64,000 nt of DNA from contig QPGO01000137.1 in the NCBI GenBank assembly GCA_008632985.1, positions 1 to 64,000 of the forward strand, given 5' to 3'. The stretch is from Psammoneis japonica (Eukaryota). The notes beneath the pieces were generated by a model. That model saw only the letters and a program-made list of their open reading frames with translations, did no database searches and was not told where the DNA came from. The translations under genes and the position numbers were made by a program. This document shows, piece after piece, positions 1-11,815 of this stretch (position 1 is its first letter; each line of letters starts with the position of its first letter).

Positions 1-649
1 AAAAACAGAAGGTTTCATGCTTGTGGACACAGTAATTTGCATGAAGTCCCGAAGCCTTCGAAAGTCATTGCATTCTATTTCATGTGCAAAGACCGCTCGC
101 GAATTTGGTCATTTTGAAAGTGGTCAACCCCAAACCCGCTTCATCTCACCCGTCTGTCTCCGGTCGGGGTCAGGGCAGGGGGGGAGACACAGATGGATTG
201 TTCGAACAGCAGCTGTCCAGACACCCCCCACAGAGAGCAGGCCCTGAGTTTCAGGCAATCATCCAGCTTCTGGTGCTTGCAATGTGCAGTGCTGTGTGCA
301 GGAAGCAGCTCCACACAAACTGTGTGGCCACCATGTGCCAGGATTCTTTGTGCGGAGTTGACAACGGCATTGACTCCATTTTGACAGTGACACAAAGAAT
401 CTGCATGAATTTCCAGCATGAATTTGACAGCAACACCACAGATGGAACCATCATCAATGTGCCAATCATTGCATCACTCATCTCAGCACAAAATGACAAC
501 AAACAATGGCGCTCTCAGAATGAAAAAGCAGCTTGTTCTTTGGTGCCACACACACAAAAGCATGAAAAAGTTGTGCCAATTGTTTCCACTCTGGGGAGAT
601 CAAGACTTTTGGCAGCCCACTTTGTTTGATGCATCACCCCCAGGAGCAA

Positions 650-1500
650 AGCTTCAGAGGCAACACAGTGCAACAAGTGTGTCACTCATCATGGCTCGAA
701 TCATCTTGCTTTCTGCTGCACACAGCTGCCGTCTCAGGTTGAATTGGTGCCCAACCTCAGCAACTGTCATTGTTGGGCAAAACCAATTCTCCACTGCAGT
801 CTCTGCCAAAGTCTCAACCCCACACAAACTTTGGGGAACAGACAGGGCCAAACCTGGTTTGTCACAGACAATGTCTCTTGCCATGCCAGTGGTGCCATTG
901 CATGGTCCCACCAATTGAGCAATGATCATGTTGAGCATCACCCATGCTCCAACACAAATGTGCGTGGAGACAAGTTGGACATCTTTTTTCTGTTGGCTGT
1001 GTTTTCAGCTTGTGCCAGAGCAACGGATTTGCAAAGCCTTCACATGTTCTTGTTGTCGAGTTCTTCTGCTTCAGAGTTGGCTGTGAACAGACACAGCATT
1101 CCACCATTTTCAAATCCCAACTGATGCCACTTGTGCAGACCCATGGAGTGTTGTGAGCATGTGTGTTGTACATTGACCCAATCTGATTGCTTGTGCACAG
1201 TCTCCATCACAAAGCAAGATGCTCTGGAAGGTCACAGAACAACCAGACTGACTCTGGATCATCAGGGTCTGCATGATTGTTTTTCATCAGCTTGATTGCC
1301 ATGTTGAACATTTGGCATGGATTGCATCCATTTTAATCATCATTTTTTGTAAATCCAGCTCATGCTCACAAGCAAATCCCTCCAACTGGTGGCAACTGTC
1401 CAGGATCACCAGCTGCTGACACCACAACAACCCTGCCAATTGCAGTCAACATGGCCCAACTCTTTCTGGTGCACAATGGAGAACTTATCAAAACTGGAAA
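650..1500 (-). mobile_element. Degenerate PIF1-family helicase relic (possibly Helitron-derived)
   Basis: Minus-strand fragments AAGDPGQLPPV (cf. PIF1 GDFxQLPPV) and MMLNM..GPCNGTTGMARDIVC (cf. VML..N..GLxNG..G.V.DIVY). Broken frames; boundaries approximate. Confidence 0.55.
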
Positions 1501-1672
1501 GCTTGAGATCTTGAGTTTTGTCTTGAGCTCAACTGATGTTTTTGTTTGCAAAAGGATGACATCATTTGTCAAAAAGAGGTGCGCCCAGTTCTTCTTTGTG
1601 TGAGTGTGTGGTGGATCTGTGCACATTGTCCATTTGCAAAACACACCCTGCATCCATCCAGGAGTCCTGCAC

Positions 1673-1776
1673 AGCATCATTGCTCATTGAAGAACCCACA
1701 TTGTCAGTTGCTGTGCTTCTGTCTAGCATCATTGCTCATTGAAGAACCCACATTGTCAGTTGCTGTGCTTCTGTCT
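1673..1776. repeat. Perfect 52-bp tandem duplication
   Basis: agcatcattgctcattgaagaacccacattgtcagttgctgtgcttctgtct occurs at 1673-1724 and 1725-1776. Confidence 0.95.
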
Positions 1777-2694
1777 CACAGGCAAAAGCTGGATTTTGTC
1801 TTTTGCAGCAGAAAACCAGGGGTGGTTTGTTGTTTGTTGACCTTGTTGCTTCAAAAATGGAGTGTGCTGGCTCCAAGCATGAACAGCATTGTCACTGGAT
1901 GCTGTGGCACTCCACCCCGTGCAGATTCATGTGCTCCACTCCAAGGGCAATGCTTGGTCAATGAGTGCTTGCATGCAATGCTTGACAAAATTGAGATTGC
2001 CAGGAGAACCCAAGACACAGGGAACAAACATTGCAACAGTGTTTGGTTTCTGGTGGGGGTGAATTTTCTTCTTGTGCTTTCTGGACTTGCCAACACAGAA
2101 TCTGGCAGAGCAACTTCTCACAGAGGAGTGAGGTCTCTTGGCCCTGTCTGAAAGGATGCAAAAACTGTTGGGTCTGTCCAGGCCTCTTGCTTTTGAGTTG
2201 CGCAGCATGTGCATCAAAGACTGTCAGCATTGCAGCACCCCTTGTTTAGAAGCTCATGAACTGTGAGATTTCTTTCTAACTGGTGCCATGTCAGATCCTT
2301 GTCTGTTGGGTTGCACTCTCTGGACAGCAACCTCAAGAGCCACTTGACCCAAGATTGGGCTCTTTTGCAATTTCAAGACATGGCTTTCAGATGTTTTGAG
2401 TGGGGTTGAAAGGCTGGAAGCCAGTGGGTGGTTTTTGCTTGTTGCTGGAAGGAAAATTGTTGTCATCAAAAGAGATTGACTTGCCGATGAGCAGCCTGCC
2501 TGGTGTGAAATTCTTGCAAGGAAACAAAGACTCTTTGCTGTCCTGGAAATGAGAGATTGCATTGAATGTCACATTGAAACATCTGTCAAACAGATTTGAA
2601 GCTGACAACAGCTCCAAAGTCAGCTAGATCCAGGAAATCTGGCACTGCTGCATGAAGGAAAGGAGAAGCTGCCTTGGGGAAATGTCATGCGCAC

Positions 2695-2770
2695 GCCGTT
2701 AAAAGCAGAGGCTTGTCGGAACACATAGTTTGTGTCCCTTGCGTTGGAAACATCCCAAGCGGACATGTTG
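2695..2770 (-). pseudogene. Isolated DUF285/BspA-like repeat fragment
   Basis: MSAWDVSNARDTNYVFRQASAFNG resembles the DUF285 unit (WDVSxVTxMxxMFxxAxxFN). Only one unit is present. Confidence 0.5.
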
Positions 2771-3104
2771 GGAAAAAGTCGCGGCACCGTGGAACATCCC
2801 ACTCATGTGCACACCTTTTCTTGTAGCTGTCTTTATTGAGGGCTATGCGAGCGCGGACGGACCCCAGGACTCGTTCAAGCAGCAGATGATCAGTACAAGA
2901 AACAAATAGGAATTACGTATGCTTAGTCAGCACTCGTTCCTACTAGCACTTAAGTCAGTCTTAACCTCCATTCTCCTTCTTCTTCCTGGACTCACTCTAC
3001 AATCAGCTCACTGTAAAAGAGAGACGCACTTTTCGAGCGCAACGACGATTCTGTAAATGGAAAAAAGGGAAAAACTAACTGCTAGATTGTATTTACTGTT
3101 ATGA

Positions 3105-5243
3105 TTAGTTTTCATCCGCGCTTCCATCTAAACTCGACATCGTTGTCAGACTGACCCTGCTCGATATAGCCGATGCACGGCGAACAGTTCGTTCTTTCCT
3201 TGATTCATGTAGCAAGTGTGTCAGATCTGCAACTTTGCGCCGAAGGCGGAACACTTCTCGACGTAAGCGCACAATTTCGTCGCTCGAAGATTCTGTGTTT
3301 TCTCCCTCAGCTCTGCTGAGTGGGCTTTCCCCTGGAACCACCAATGTATCACCAACGACATCAAGCAAAGCCTCTGTGTTGACATTGCAGGGCTCGACCT
3401 CGGAGAAAGAATGGCCGATATGACGTATGATTCTATCTAGTTCCATCGCCGCAACGCAGCGATCCATTCCAGCGAGCATCAGTATATCAATCACAAAGCC
3501 TTCCTCCGCTTTGCTGATTTGACCATCCGCAAGTATGATTGCCATAACGGCTGTAAGGAGAACCGTCCTAAATGTGTCCGGTATTGAGCGGTCACCTTTG
3601 AGCTTTCTTAGTGTGCTCATATCCTTCGGGTTGGACTGGACGACACTCGTGACCTCGTCGAGTTTCTTCTCTTCCAAAGGAGATCGGTACGTCAGCTCAT
3701 AGTTTGCGCGAACGGCGTCCTTCATCTCTTCACACATTCCTCTACTCGATGCACAGGCTGCCTGTACCATAGCATGCAGAAATATATCATGCAATCGGGC
3801 GCACCAAACGTCACCTGCCTGATAGGCCCAAACGAATTGAGAAATTCCAACTTTTTCCTCTTTGGTGCCATTAATTCGGGGATCAATTTTGGCTCCGGTA
3901 TTACCAGAACGAAGCGGCTCGAATAAGTGAACGCCATAGCTTCTAACGAGGCTTTTGCAAAACTCCAGACCACGCACAGAATTTCCTTGCTTGTTCAAAC
4001 GAGGTGAAAATGTGGCGAACCCAAACACATTCGGTACAATGACCATTAGACATCCACTCACACCACTCTTGGCAATCAAGCCGACCTCAACTGCGAACCT
4101 TCCACTTTGGTCATACATTCCACAGGTCATAGTTTCCGCCAGAACATGTCTGACAACGTCTGCTGGAAAAACCTCCTTCGCCGTAATCGGACAAACACCA
4201 CCATTTGCTAGGGTAGCAGCAGCGACAGCCAGTGCTTCCGTCGTCATCTCGATCGAACAACAGCCAAGGTACACGTCGAGCATCTTGAGAATTTCAACGT
4301 CTCGAGGTAGTCCCCTGCGGCCTTTCAAATTGTAAGCAATGGCAAAATTGTTGTACGCCGTTGCCTTCTCCGATTCAAACGTCTCTTGCGAGAATCCAAC
4401 CTCGATATCGTCACCACTAAGATCACTCCATGTCTGACGAATCCTGTCGATACATTGCTCCCACGTCGATTCTGGGAATCGAGAGGCAAAGAGACCGGCT
4501 GCCATGATAGCTCCGGAGTTGACACTCGCATTAAAGGGCGTTTGCGTATCGGCATCAAGATCTTGAGTATTAAACGGGCGTCCCGCAGGTTCAACTCCTA
4601 TCCATTTGTCAACCTCCTCTTCTCCTTCTGCCTTGAGGCAAAGACCATACGTCACGGGCTTGCTCACACTTTGAATCGAAAATGAAGTTTCATAGTCTCC
4701 GATTGAGAATCTTTGTCCATCTACGCTACATATTGAAAGTCCCCATAAGTCAGGATTTGCATCTCTCAGTATAGGAATGTACTGAGCAGTCTCGCCTTCC
4801 TTGTTGTCTTGCACCATGTAGAAATGATAAGTCATATCGGCCGAGAATGACTTAAAATCAGGGACAACTAGCTCCTCAGAGAAAGCCCTGAGAAACATAC
4901 GAGCAAGTGGAGATACAAACTGAACAAACGTGTAGAAATCCAATTGAACCTTGGCTGCCGTCTCTTGGTCTTCGGGAGTAACTGTGTTGGTAACCTCATC
5001 TCTTTCCAGAGAGCTCAGGCGCAAAGCAACGTCCTGGGAAGGTTCGAATCTTTTGTCTCTCCAAAAGACAATGCCTTCTTCACGCAGCAAGTCAATGACA
5101 TTTCCAATCGTTAGAGACTCTGGAGAGACTCCTCTTTCATCCACCACATACTCGTAGATTTCACGCAAAGCTTCGACTCTGGTGTCCACTTCGGCGCTGC
5201 TCTTTCTCAAAAAAGAATCTTTCGCCAGTGGGCGCGTACTCAT
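3105..5243 (-). CDS. GLS: Glutaminase (712 aa) with C-terminal TerB-like helical region and coiled coil
   Basis: Intact ORF with glutaminase motifs AQYIPIL, SIQSVSKP (catalytic SxxK), NASVNSGAI, TCGMYD, AKSGVSG, SPRLN..GNSVRG. Normal TpA content. Confidence 0.95.
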   Translation of the reverse strand: MSTRPLAKDSFLRKSSAEVDTRVEALREIYEYVVDERGVSPESLTIGNVIDLLREEGIVFWRDKRFEPSQDVALRLSSLERDEVTNTVTPEDQETAAKVQLDFYTFVQFVSPLARMFLRAFSEELVVPDFKSFSADMTYHFYMVQDNKEGETAQYIPILRDANPDLWGLSICSVDGQRFSIGDYETSFSIQSVSKPVTYGLCLKAEGEEEVDKWIGVEPAGRPFNTQDLDADTQTPFNASVNSGAIMAAGLFASRFPESTWEQCIDRIRQTWSDLSGDDIEVGFSQETFESEKATAYNNFAIAYNLKGRRGLPRDVEILKMLDVYLGCCSIEMTTEALAVAAATLANGGVCPITAKEVFPADVVRHVLAETMTCGMYDQSGRFAVEVGLIAKSGVSGCLMVIVPNVFGFATFSPRLNKQGNSVRGLEFCKSLVRSYGVHLFEPLRSGNTGAKIDPRINGTKEEKVGISQFVWAYQAGDVWCARLHDIFLHAMVQAACASSRGMCEEMKDAVRANYELTYRSPLEEKKLDEVTSVVQSNPKDMSTLRKLKGDRSIPDTFRTVLLTAVMAIILADGQISKAEEGFVIDILMLAGMDRCVAAMELDRIIRHIGHSFSEVEPCNVNTEALLDVVGDTLVVPGESPLSRAEGENTESSSDEIVRLRREVFRLRRKVADLTHLLHESRKERTVRRASAISSRVSLTTMSSLDGSADEN

Positions 5244-5964
5244 ATTTTTTCGTTCCTGCTGTCTTCTGACTCTACTACCGGTATGCTTTGAAAAATGAAA
5301 TAACTCAAATCTTTGGATCGGCAGCAGTTCACTGATATAACAATGGCAGATATATCCTCCGTGATCACCTTGTCGTCACCGCAAATTGAAAATAATCACC
5401 GCAACATGTCACCATCCTCCTGGCGGTGGTGCGGTGTAAATGACAGACGGAGCGGTGGGGTGAATAGTAATAGTACGGTATGTAGAAGCATGTGAAAGTG
5501 TGTGCGTGAGGCGCGTTGCACCAGCCGGGCGGCGCGGCGCGGCAGGTCCCCAGGTGGCGTGGGAAAGGTTTGGTTCTCTAGATGATGAAGCAGCAAGTTG
5601 AGCATGTAGTTTCGTGGAGCACTGGAGGAGCTGATCAGCAAGGTGTCTGGTGACAGTGAGAGGACTGAGGCTTTGCAAGACCCACCAGTGCAGCACACAA
5701 GGGTGGTGTCACAGTGTGATGTGGGGTGGGCAAGACCAAAGAAACAGGCAGAGAAGAGGCAGGATGGAGAAAGCTGGGCAGTGTGCGCAGATGGGTGTTG
5801 GAAGGAGGAGTTTGACACCCAAACGGTGGCTGGAGCAGGTGGGTGGGGTGACACATGGGGGTTTTCTTTTGTCGGGTGGCTCTCCAAAGAGGATGTGTTG
5901 CGCCAGCCACAAAGCACAAGGGAGTGCTGGGGTGATCAATGGTGATGAAAGGGGTGAGATGCAC

Positions 5965-6230
5965 GGCCTGTTCTAGCTCCAGGTGATCTGCTTTTCATCA
6001 CGCGAGAGGCCGATTTTCTGTGCAGTTTGGCGCAATTAACTCCTTCAACCTTGATCGTTTTGAAAATCGAAAGGTGAGTGTGCACCCGAAAACACATGCA
6101 CCGGCAAAGTGTGCGCTTGCCCTTCGATTTGGCAAAAAACGGATTTGGAAAAAGTCAGTTGCGCCAAATGCACAAATTTCCAAATGATGGGAATCGAACC
6201 CGTGCGGAGCACCTGGAGCTGGAGCAGGCC
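5965..6230. mobile_element. MITE family 2 (GGCCTGTTCCAG termini), copy 1
   Basis: 21-bp TIRs ggcctgttctagctccaggtg / cacctggagctggagcaggcc; flanks gcac/gcat. Inverted homolog at 60614-60875. Confidence 0.9.
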
Positions 6231-6422
6231 GCATGCCAGCGTTGTTGAGTGAAGTGATCACAGCAGTGCTTCATTGCATTTCACACAGGTGCCACAAAAT
6301 TTCTTCTTGGTGCTTCTGTTTGTTGAGTGGTGTGTCCTCAGCAAAAGGGTTTTGAGTGAGAGAGGCCAGGAGAGCTGCGTGGGAGTGGAGAAGGTTTTGA
6401 GACTGTGCTGAGGGAAGAGGCA

Positions 6423-6608
6423 GAATCGCGCTGTAACAAAAAATGTCAAAAGTTGTTGGACGGATCGCTCAATGAGTGTACCGTAAAATGACACAAAATG
6501 TCGAAAAAATCACGTAGAAATCTACGTGCGCGACATACGACGAGACTCAAAAAACTGTCGATGTCACAGTTCAGCAGTACGAGGTCCCACCTAGACCTGG
6601 AACGCGTC
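6423..6608. mobile_element. MITE family 1, truncated copy (one TIR)
   Basis: Near reverse complement of 29081-29267; ends ...cctagacctggaacgcgtc; keeps many TpA. Confidence 0.85.
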
Positions 6609-9600
6609 GCCAATCATCTGGAGAAAATGGCAAAGAGGCCATTGATGCTGACAACATCAGATGGAGTGGCATTTGTGTCCAAGGAGCAAGAGCAGAAGGA
6701 GGGATGATTGTGACAGGGGTCAGCAGCAGTGCATTTGCAGGGGGGTGCAACAAGCAATCATCGCATCTGGCTGGTGTGCAGCCCCAGGTGGGACTGTGTG
6801 CAACATGGGCCCACAGAGTTCCATGCACAAGCTCTGCAGCTCAACAGATTGGCCAATTGATTCATTTGTTTGACACCCAAATAAGTTGCTGAGTTTGTGG
6901 TGCAATTGCACCTCTTGACACTGGCAGTTTTTGAAAACACATCTGCCCTGCACAGCTCTCAAGACATTTGAAATTTGTGCTGCACAAAAAAAGCAAAAAG
7001 TTTCCAAATGGGTGGCCTGATGACTGCACTGCAAAATGACACCAAAGTCACACAGAAAATGCACGTGTGCAACTTGCAAGGCATCTCAAAAACTGTCAAT
7101 GTCATGGCAGCTCAGCAGCGCACCGGGTCCCAGCACCTGGGGCTGGAGCATGCCTGGCAGAAGTTGGAAGGCACAATTTGTAAAGATGGGGTGGAAAAGG
7201 CAAGATGGTTGTGATGACATGTGACAAGTCTTGAAAAGAGAGGTTTCAACTGGGGCAGCAAGGGAGGGATCAGGGGAGCAATGCAGGGCAGGAGGCTGGT
7301 GTGTGCCAAAGTGTTGGAAAATCCAACAAGAAAGCTGTGGTGATCATGTCAGAAAGTGGCCCACCTGCTGCACAGAGACTGGGCATCAAACAATGGGTGG
7401 GGGGGAGCAAAAGGGGGTTGCTGCTGGAGGAAGTGACAAGGCCACACATCATTGAGCAGCAGAAAGAGTGGGCAAGATGGGTGACAAGGAAGGGGGGCAG
7501 CCCTGGCTGTGTGACAGAGCAGCATCCAACCCCGCCCCCCATCAAAGCAGAGGTGGTGCAGGGTGTGGCAGCAAGGTGCAGGGTGGCAGAGGCCAGGAGC
7601 CCCTGCAACAAGGCATTGGAGGAGCATTTTGCAGTTGCTTTGGGTGGCTTGTTGGGGCAGAGAGGACCACAAGATGATGGGAGCAGGGTTGTTGACATTG
7701 AAGCCATGAACACTGTTGCACCAAGGCATGCATCTGTGGACACTGTCATCTCGGACAGAGTTGCCAAGAGTCTGTCACCTTTCCTGCAATTGATTTTGAG
7801 GATTGTCCCTGCTCCAACCAAGGAAGTTGTGTCTTTGTTCAGACTTCTGTCATGCATGGTGGCACCTCACGAGATGGCCGCCGGTCTCACTCGATTCATG
7901 GCAACAAAGACAGGTTGGAATTTGGTTGGGTGCCTCAACTGCCTGCAAGTCCAACAGCAATGAAGTTGGTGTTTGTGCTCATGATGAAGACAAGGCAAGA
8001 TGGTGGAGAACATTTCAAGGTGCAAAGCACCGGAGACAAACTTCACCCCCCGGAGGATGGCTGCATTCCTTTGGATGAGGATGGCACGCTTCATGACATT
8101 GAGGAGGCAACCCTGGACACTGTTGCATGGTGGAGAATGGCAGACAGCCGCACTCTTGGCATGTCAAGTGTGATCAGTCTGCTCCCGCGCCTCTGGGTCT
8201 TGTCGTTGGCGCCGATGAGCTTGTCGGAAAGAACACTGCTGTGATTGATTCTGGCATCAAGGACGACTGTGAAATCTCTGACGAAGAAGGAATGAAGGGA
8301 GCAGGCTGCATTGGCACCCCAGGACGAAAATGAGCAGTTGTCATGTGCAACAAGAAGGACGGAAGCATTGTCGTGGTGCATGCAGCCCAATGAAGATGGC
8401 TTGCACTGGCGCGAGATTGTCCACAACGAGATGGTCTGTGTGTGAAGGAAGTTCGTCACATCAAGGCCGCTGGGGAACTCGCCAATGAAATGCTTGCCAA
8501 TGCAGACAATGATGAAGTCGAAGTCGTCTCATCGTGGGGGCTCTTCATTGCGACTTCTGGTGTCACCAAGACTGAAATTGCTGGTCTCACAGCACTGGCT
8601 TCTTGACAAACAGTCTGCTGCATTTCTCGAAAGTAATGCAAACAATGCAGTCTAGTTGTTCATGTGGATGTGTTGCCTTGATTTCGCAAATGTGACAATT
8701 GGATTCTCTGCGCAATCCTGGGTTCAGTCTAAAACTGAAATGACACAAGCTTGCATGTGCAATGGAGACAAGCTCCATCACTCATTGGAAGCTTGCAGCA
8801 ACTCGATTTTGTTTGTGTTCTGATGTCTCTTCCATGACCAATTAAACCGCATCAACATTGGCAATTCTCTCACACGAAGCAAGTGCAAATGAATTTTGCT
8901 TTCCCGGAGCCAGGCATTGCATGCAGTGTGCAACACACCCAAGAACGACAGTCACAACTGCTGCATCCCTGCCTTGCAAATGAGACAACCCAACTCAAAC
9001 TTGCCATCATCTACAATGGCATGCTGCAGTGATGTGCTGCACTTGGTGCAAATTTTCATGAATGACTTGGACGTCGAATGTGGGCATGCCCAAAACCAAA
9101 TTTTGAAAATTTCGCAAAGATGTCAACAGCATGATTGCGCTGTCATGTTCTTGTTTGCACGCATGTGGTGCCAGCCACAAACAAAACTCCAAAATTTTTA
9201 TTCAGTTGCTCACAAATTTTTGCAACATCATGGTGCAATGCAAAATGACACAACTCAAGGGTGACAATGGCCCGCGCAACTGGCAAGAGGAGATCGGATG
9301 TCAGCGGGCAGTGCTGAGTCCTTTCAAGTGTGGGTCTGCACAGCACTTGCACACAAAGCGTGTTGAGTGCTTTTTGCCATTTTCCCAGGCTTTGGCCCCC
9401 TTTTTTTGGTGTCAACTCTTTTGTTTTACCAGCCAGCTTGAGTCAGCTCTCTCAGCTCTGGTCAGCCAGGGGTCAAGAGCACAGTGAGTTGAGGTGCTGT
9501 GCCAGCGGCACTTGGTGGCAGCAACAGCAGCGCATTGGCGCCAATGCAGTGCCAGCTGCAACACACAGTGCACAGCATGGTGGTTTCTTTTTTAAACTCA

Positions 9601-9699
9601 GGCACACAGCTTTGTGCATGCTTTCCACCATGCTCAGAGCAGTTTGTGTGCCTCCTGAGGTGTGCACAATGCTGCACGCCAACCAAAAACTTCTCTGAC

Positions 9700-11200
9700 C
9701 TTGTTTGTTTTTGATGATGCCACCAGTCTGTTGTGAAATGCCTGTGTCTGTTGTGGCAGTCAGAGACCATGTTGCAGAACAGCAGCTTTGGTTCTGCTGG
9801 GTGGTGGGTTGTGTGGTGGCATCTCTGGGGCACTGCTGGCACTCTGTGGCTTGCTGCAGTGTTTGCTGCAACAGCCAGCCCTTGAAGGTTCAGAGGTCCA
9901 CTGGATTTTCTCACCCTCCTGCTCTGAGCCCAAGTTTCCTTTTCACAACATTCCTGGTGCACATCTTAAGCAGTGGCAGCTGCCAGTGCCTTGGTGCAAT
10001 GCACCAGTGAGTGCCAGTGCTTTTGTGCCTGACAGCACACAGAGCTGACTTCAAGCAGACAATCTGTGAAATCGGCTTTTGAGCAGGAGGCACCAAGACA
10101 CAGCTCTCTCTGGCTTTGTTCATTTCAAAATCCCACAGTTGCTTGCTTTCCCAACTGCCTCATTGTTGCAAACAAAAGCCCTCTTTGCATGTGCTGATCA
10201 CATTGACAGAGTCATTGTGTGTTGCACAAAAGATGATGTTGGCTGGAAAGAGATGTGCACTCTGGCAACTTGTTGTTGTGCTCTGATGCTTTTGGATTGA
10301 GGCACAATTTTCACAGCAACAACAGGTGGCAAAAATTGGGCTGCTTTGCTCTGCTGATCTGCTCTGGTCTTCTTTTTGTGCAAACATTTTCCATCAACCC
10401 CAGTCAGAAGATGATCTCTCTCCAGCATGCCGCGGCTGCTCCCAAAACCACCTCACCCTCCCCCAACTCAAAATCTGATCACCAAAGAGGTTGTTGTGTG
10501 GCATGTTCTTTTTTGTTGGCTCAACAGCAAAGCATCTAAAAATTTGCCCACTCTGGAAATCACCATTGTCTGCAGCTTTTCTGCTGTCACTCACATTGCT
10601 GGTTGCCCCCAGGCCTGGGGAAAAGGCTTGTGTTGACACAAGTGTGCTTGAGGGCAGGTCCTGTGCACATTGTTTGTCAGCTTTGTTTTTCTTTGGTCAC
10701 TCCAGTTTCATCTTTTGCTCATCTGCAAGCCCGTTTCCCTTTTTGCCATGTCTGTCATGACCCCGTGTGGCTTTGCTGCCATGTTGATCCTCATCTCAGG
10801 AGCACGCTTGGTGACATTGTTGACATTGTGAGTCAGGGCATCAAAAACCATGTCACACTTGCAGGCAGGAATGCAGCCAGGCTCATCCCACTTGGGTGCT
10901 TCAGCATTGTTGCACAATTTGTGAATTTGTTTGTTTTGTGGCCAGCGTGTGCAAGTTGTGGCATTTGGCACATCTTTGTCACAGACTGACCCACCCATCC
11001 ATTGGCAGCAGATCAACCAATTGCTTGCTCCTTGCACCAGTCAGTCTGTCACAAGCAACAACCAACAGCACCATCAAAGTGAGCCAGCTCTTTTTGGTGG
11101 TCACCAAGTGCAGTGGTTGTGTCCACACACATTGCCAAGACCCAAAATGTCTTGCCACACACACATGCTGCAGAGTTTTGTAGCTTCAAAGTGAGGGGGG
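9700..11200 (-). mobile_element. piggyBac-like transposase relic
   Basis: TCTRWPQNKQIHKLCNNAEAPKWDEPGCIPACKCDMVFD resembles the piggyBac RF..I...L..N......GYD.LYK segment with Y->C changes. Boundaries approximate. Confidence 0.55.
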
Positions 11201-11815
11201 TTCCTTGGTCCCCCTTCCATGCCAGATTTCTCCACTGTTGAGCAAACAGGCAAAAAAGCAGTTGGAAGAAACAGAGGGAATCTGTGGATCCAGCAGCTCC
11301 CTGCAGAAAGAACTTGAAGATGAGCTTTGTCAATGACTGAACAACACGCAAATTTTGCGGTTCAGAAAGACCTGGCTGGTTTGGCTGGCTGTGCTCCATT
11401 TTGGTTGTGTCTTTTTTTGTGCGTGCTTCTTTGCTTGTGTTGTTTGCTCATGTTGACAATGGCAAAACCTTGCTCTGCTGTGCCCTGCTCAACAAGAAAC
11501 AAGGAAAGTGAACCATCAGTTTTGTGCATGGACATGTTGAAGGGAGCAATTTGTTGAGCTGCCAAAACAAGTTGACAAAGAAATGACATTTGACAGCAAA
11601 GCCTTTGATGCCTTTGTTGATGCATCAAATGCCACTGCTGTGCAAGATTGATGGAAGGAAGACAAAGATTGGTGCTGATGCAGTCACCTGCATTGACACT
11701 TGACTTTGCAACTCTCCATCCTCATGTGAAAAGGGAACATTTTGTTGTGTGCCATCTTGAAATGCAAACTTTGCTTCCCACAAGTGTGCACTTGAATCTG
11801 GAATCAATGTTGGTT

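Noticed and set aside
6180..6210. tRNA gene
   Set aside because: Only a T-arm-like motif inside a MITE; no cloverleaf.
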